From: an uncultured virus (IMG/VR IMGVR_UViG_3300001687_000011)
Lineage: Duplodnaviria > Heunggongvirae > Uroviricota > Caudoviricetes
Reading direction: 5' to 3' (one strand)
Virus record (IMG/VR): IMGVR_UViG_3300001687_000011
DNA length: 20,000 bases
Shown: positions 16,920 to 20,000 of the stretch, one piece after another
Numbering within the stretch: the first letter of the stretch is position 1
How the letters are laid out: every line of letters begins with the position of its first letter
Program-made: the position numbers and the translations under genes
The notes under the pieces: model-generated
Seen by the model: only the letters and a program-made list of their open reading frames with translations
Database searches by the model: none
Told to the model about the DNA's origin: nothing

Positions 16920-17188
16920 TCTTCATACTCCTCTGGATATTTTCTACCAAGTTTTAATGTTTTGGTAGTATCCAACAAAGTCCCACAATACTTACAAACA
17001 TAGAGTTTTCTTATATCACCCTTTTCAAATTTGGATAATATCTTGAGTATAACAGAAAAATCTCCCGTTTGAAACTCTTCCAAAAGTTTAACAGGGATAA
17101 AATATCCTACATTATCCCCATCTTCTGTAACTATTGTATTCTGTTTTCCACAATTTGTACATGTAATCACTAAAGGATGTGATCTCAT
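16916..17188 (-). CDS. zinc-ribbon protein
   Basis: CTNCG...CKYCG; GGGGAG SD; first gene after promoter copy 3. Confidence 0.8.
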   Translation of the reverse strand: MRSHPLVITCTNCGKQNTIVTEDGDNVGYFIPVKLLEEFQTGDFSVILKILSKFEKGDIRKLYVCKYCGTLLDTTKTLKLGRKYPEEYEE

Positions 17189-17198
17189 AATTCTCCCC

Positions 17199-17235
17199 TT
17201 ACTTATTTATCGTCATCTACTACAAAAAACTTCAG
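17199..17235 (-). promoter_or_regulatory. putative promoter, copy 3 of conserved motif
   Basis: minus strand CTGAAG-N15-GACGATAA-ATAAGTAA. Confidence 0.75.
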
Positions 17236-17239
17236 TGTA

Positions 17240-17594
17240 TGGGTAGTGCAGAATCGAACATGCATGAAGCACTCATGAGCTAAGTCGAGAGGTAAAGATC
17301 CTTATGTGTTACTTGATTCGACAAAACTGGTATACCAGAACAATATACTACACGTTTTTACTATCTCTGCCACCTATGGAGTGCTTTTTTCATTAATTCC
17401 AGCGTCAGCCTTACCCTACTTACTTAAGATTTTTCAGGCATAGGTCTTACACTCTCCCTGGTTCTGTGGACTTTACTTTATGCTCTCTATATCTCTAATA
17501 TAATCAAGTAACAAGAATAATTACTTCGGCCCCCTATTGTGCCCAGGTCTGGGTTGCAACTCTCTTAGTTGCCAGACCAACCACCAGGCTACCC
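17240..17594 (-). ncRNA. candidate 355-nt RNA with tRNA-like ends (tmRNA-like architecture, non-canonical)
   Basis: 5' GGGTAG pairs with 3' CTACCC-A; the 3' end is preceded by a T-arm TGCA(T)G-TTCGATT-CTGCA; perfect 12-bp long-range helix 17502-17513/17307-17318; further hairpins. Confidence 0.65.
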
Positions 17595-17602
17595 TTAAAG
17601 AT

Positions 17603-17980
17603 TTACGCCTTTGCAACCATCTTTTCTACTGTCTTAACCAATTGAGAAACCAAACTCTTCATTTCGTTCTCATCAGGGACTACATTGATTTTACTATCAC
17701 TGATCAAGTTCACGAATGTCTGAAGGATAAGACCCTCTGCAAGGTCTTCTACTTCATCATCCTCACCCCAATAATTCTTTGCGACATCACCATCGTCATA
17801 AATGGTAATTTCTGATACACGATAATCAACACACTTCTCATCATCATCACATCCACCAAGATCATCATATCGATCTCTCAAGGCTTCCAACTCTGTTTCC
17901 ATTTTATCAATCTGAGCTTCCAGATCCCTTGCTTCTTGCTCTTCTGCTGACAACTCACGGTCTACACCAATCTTAATCAT
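17603..17980 (-). CDS. acidic protein with N-terminal coiled coil (125 aa)
   Basis: GGAGGG SD; very Asp/Glu-rich. Confidence 0.8.
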   Translation of the reverse strand: MIKIGVDRELSAEEQEARDLEAQIDKMETELEALRDRYDDLGGCDDDEKCVDYRVSEITIYDDGDVAKNYWGEDDEVEDLAEGLILQTFVNLISDSKINVVPDENEMKSLVSQLVKTVEKMVAKA

Positions 17981-17981
17981 A

Positions 17982-18362
17982 TTATCCCTCCAAACTGTTA
18001 ATAAAACACTCTGCCTTAGCTCCTGGTGTCTTCTCCTCTTTTTCTACCTTATTAGTAATCAAAATATCATTCTGTTCAATGACATACACATCTTCATCAT
18101 GCAACAAAAGAAGATATGTGCAGTCCCCACGTTCAACAAGACCCTTTACCTCTCCTACTACACGTTCTGCTGTAGATTTATCCTCTACAGTATGAACATA
18201 AATAATTTCAAAAGTCTCCCCTGTATTGAATGTAGGGGGCTGAACAGTTTCGACACTCTTGATTATTGTGGTAGGCTTAAGAGTTGATTCAGCCATAACA
18301 CTACTGCTTACTAAGATTAAGACACACAAAAACAATATAAACAAACCAATAAACCGTTTCAT
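17982..18362 (-). CDS. secreted protein with signal peptide and C-terminal CFI-like motif
   Basis: MKR + hydrophobic core + VMA; ends GAKAECFINSLEG; AGGAG SD. Confidence 0.8.
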   Translation of the reverse strand: MKRFIGLFILFLCVLILVSSSVMAESTLKPTTIIKSVETVQPPTFNTGETFEIIYVHTVEDKSTAERVVGEVKGLVERGDCTYLLLLHDEDVYVIEQNDILITNKVEKEEKTPGAKAECFINSLEG

Positions 18363-18673
18363 GATTTTCTCCTTTTCATTTTTTTATTGTAATAATGGTT
18401 GTAATGTTTCTTTCTTAACCAGTATAAATCTATGTAGATCTCGGCAGTCTTTTTAGCTTCTTCTTTATTCATTGCCCAGACTACACAAATTACATCATCA
18501 TCTGTCAAATATATCTCATCTTTGACAGATTTACATAAATATTCAACACCTCCCTTCTGTTGTACTTTTTCTACCTTCTTTAATGAAAAACCTATACGAT
18601 TAAAAACTACTTTAAAGACCCCCATTCCTACAGGGAGATCAAAGAATAATTTATAATCATTAAGTTTTATCAT
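18359..18673 (-). CDS. hypothetical protein (104 aa)
   Basis: ORF track; overlapping start/stop with neighbours. Confidence 0.7.
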   Translation of the reverse strand: MIKLNDYKLFFDLPVGMGVFKVVFNRIGFSLKKVEKVQQKGGVEYLCKSVKDEIYLTDDDVICVVWAMNKEEAKKTAEIYIDLYWLRKKHYNHYYNKKMKRRKS

Positions 18674-18911
18674 GTATATTGTCCTTTACATAATTCATCA
18701 ATCGATCTAATTCTGCATAGGTCTCGTCATTTCCCATAACTACTATACTATATCGACCTATTGATGCTCCCAGTTGAGCAGTAATTTCAACGTAATAAGC
18801 TTTTGCTCTTCCATTTTCACTCACTTCCAAGGAATACTGTACATCAACATTTCGTACAAATTCTCCTTCCAGGAGTGTTATTCGACCGTTGAAAAAAGAC
18901 AACCTGTTCAT
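18660..18911 (-). CDS. hypothetical protein (83 aa)
   Basis: ATGA overlap; GGAGGAG upstream. Confidence 0.7.
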   Translation of the reverse strand: MNRLSFFNGRITLLEGEFVRNVDVQYSLEVSENGRAKAYYVEITAQLGASIGRYSIVVMGNDETYAELDRLMNYVKDNIHDKT

Positions 18912-19186
18912 CCTTGATTAATCTCCTCCCAGTCCTCAATATTATACCAGGCATCTACAAATTCATCATCATTTGTGGGGAGTTCTTTAATGTAACGATA
19001 GACTTCCCCAGATCCAATAATTCTTTCCTCAAGGATTTGATCTCTTAGATTTAAAGTAATAATACAATCATATGCAGAAGTTTCATCTGGAATAGACTCT
19101 ACATGTGCCACAAATCCATTATCATTCTGCTCAAATTTTGTGACTACTCCCCAAGTAACATCCTCAATAATTTCTTTTGTAATCAT
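18908..19186 (-). CDS. hypothetical acidic protein (92 aa)
   Basis: ATGA overlap; AGGAG SD. Confidence 0.75.
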   Translation of the reverse strand: MITKEIIEDVTWGVVTKFEQNDNGFVAHVESIPDETSAYDCIITLNLRDQILEERIIGSGEVYRYIKELPTNDDEFVDAWYNIEDWEEINQG

Positions 19187-19461
19187 TCGTGTACTCTCCT
19201 AATTCTTTCCATTAAATAGTTTGCTATTTCATCCGATAGTTCCCCAGGTATTTTAATCGAGATATATTTACTTTTTGTGTTGTAACTTCCAGTAACACTA
19301 CCTATATCAGATTTATCCTCAAACCACCAGATCTCTCCACTCTTATCTATATTGTCACATTTAAAACCCATATGTTTTAGATATTCTTCTACCTTATCTT
19401 TTTTTATTCCATTTATCCTAAACGTAAAGGGAAATATCTCAAAGTGTAATTTTTCAAACAT
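19183..19461 (-). CDS. hypothetical protein (92 aa)
   Basis: ORF track; AGGGGA SD. Confidence 0.7.
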   Translation of the reverse strand: MFEKLHFEIFPFTFRINGIKKDKVEEYLKHMGFKCDNIDKSGEIWWFEDKSDIGSVTGSYNTKSKYISIKIPGELSDEIANYLMERIRRVHE

Positions 19462-19463
19462 AA

Positions 19464-19658
19464 TTAAAATCCCCTTTTCCTAATTGTAGTTACTTCCCCA
19501 GAAGATAATTTTGCACTTCTCCATCCATCCAACCAACAATACCAATAAAGTCTCCACTCATTAAATATATTCATAGGTATTTCATGGTCTATCATAAATA
19601 GTTGAAATGTGTAAAACAGTGGATGATTTTTTATTTCCTCTTCTTCATACATTGTCAA
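19464..19658 (-). CDS. hypothetical protein (~62-64 aa)
   Basis: GGAGGT SD; TTG at 19658 or ATG two codons later. Confidence 0.7.
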   Translation of the reverse strand: MTMYEEEEIKNHPLFYTFQLFMIDHEIPMNIFNEWRLYWYCWLDGWRSAKLSSGEVTTIRKRGF

Positions 19659-19986
19659 CCTCCCAAAAACCTCTACAAAATATAACCACTCCTATTGTAT
19701 CATAGTCAGAATAATATTTTTCCTTGTATTCATTCATAGATTTACCAGTAGTTAGAACATCATCAACAACTAATATGGGATCATCCAATCTGTTAGTCGA
19801 GTATGGTATCAATTTATCAGCAAATCGTATTCCTCCACTTGGAATACCAACAACAATTCTGAATTTAATCCTTTTACCCACAAGTTCAGCTAAGACTTCA
19901 AGATCCTCATCAGTTAAATGATCACATTCTATTTTCCAATCCAGGTTAAGACCTGAATGAGAAACAAATTTATCTCTTATGAACAT
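19645..19986 (-). CDS. minimal type-I phosphoribosyltransferase (orotate PRTase-like)
   Basis: FVSHSG..LDWKIECD, VVGIPSGG, PRPP-binding loop LVVDDVLTTGKS; ATG at 19986 (alternative TTG at 19995). Confidence 0.85.
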   Translation of the reverse strand: MFIRDKFVSHSGLNLDWKIECDHLTDEDLEVLAELVGKRIKFRIVVGIPSGGIRFADKLIPYSTNRLDDPILVVDDVLTTGKSMNEYKEKYYSDYDTIGVVIFCRGFWEVDNV

Positions 19987-20000
19987 AAACAACAAACCTT

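Noticed and set aside
17280..17540. Group I intron inside a tRNA (GCAGAGAT and AAAGTCC resemble R and S elements)
   Set aside because: The S-like element precedes the R-like element, and no P7 with the G-C guanosine-binding pair or credible P3/P8 can be built
17240..17594. Canonical ssrA or tRNA call
   Set aside because: No G3:U70, no encoded CCA, no clear pk1, a bulged T-stem and no typical degradation tag; kept only as tmRNA-like
1913..19921. All plus-strand ORFs in the track and the nested minus-strand ORF 10344-10583
   Set aside because: They overlap better-supported minus-strand genes or the candidate ncRNA and show no recognisable motifs; treated as shadow ORFs
1..20000. Stop-codon reassignment (seen in some large phages)
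   Set aside because: Long conserved genes are intact in the standard code, and TAA, TAG and TGA each end genes at tight junctions

Overview
AT-rich, gene-dense segment of what is almost certainly a large tailed-phage genome; all credible genes are on the minus strand. The left end is a replication/recombination cluster. It holds the 5' part of an SPO1-type DNA polymerase (family-4 uracil-DNA glycosylase fused to a 3'-5' exonuclease domain; it runs off the window and is missed by the ORF track), an A-tract repeat array, and a single-polypeptide Mre11-Rad50 (SbcD-SbcC) fusion. The rest is accessory: calcineurin-like phosphoesterase, a LemA-like/TPM-like membrane pair, Ap4A-type Nudix hydrolase, RNA ligase, a minimal phosphoribosyltransferase, secreted proteins and many small hypotheticals. 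The two largest ORF-free gaps appear to be highly structured non-coding RNAs that I cannot assign to a known family: a 259-nt multi-stem RNA (7102-7360) and a 355-nt RNA closed by a tRNA-like acceptor stem and T-arm with tmRNA-like architecture but no G3:U70 (17240-17594). Three copies of a sigma-28-like promoter (YTGAAG-N15-GMCGATAW..ATAAGTA) and a hairpin with an anti-Shine-Dalgarno loop are also visible. All structures were folded by eye and all protein calls come from motif recognition; no searches were run.
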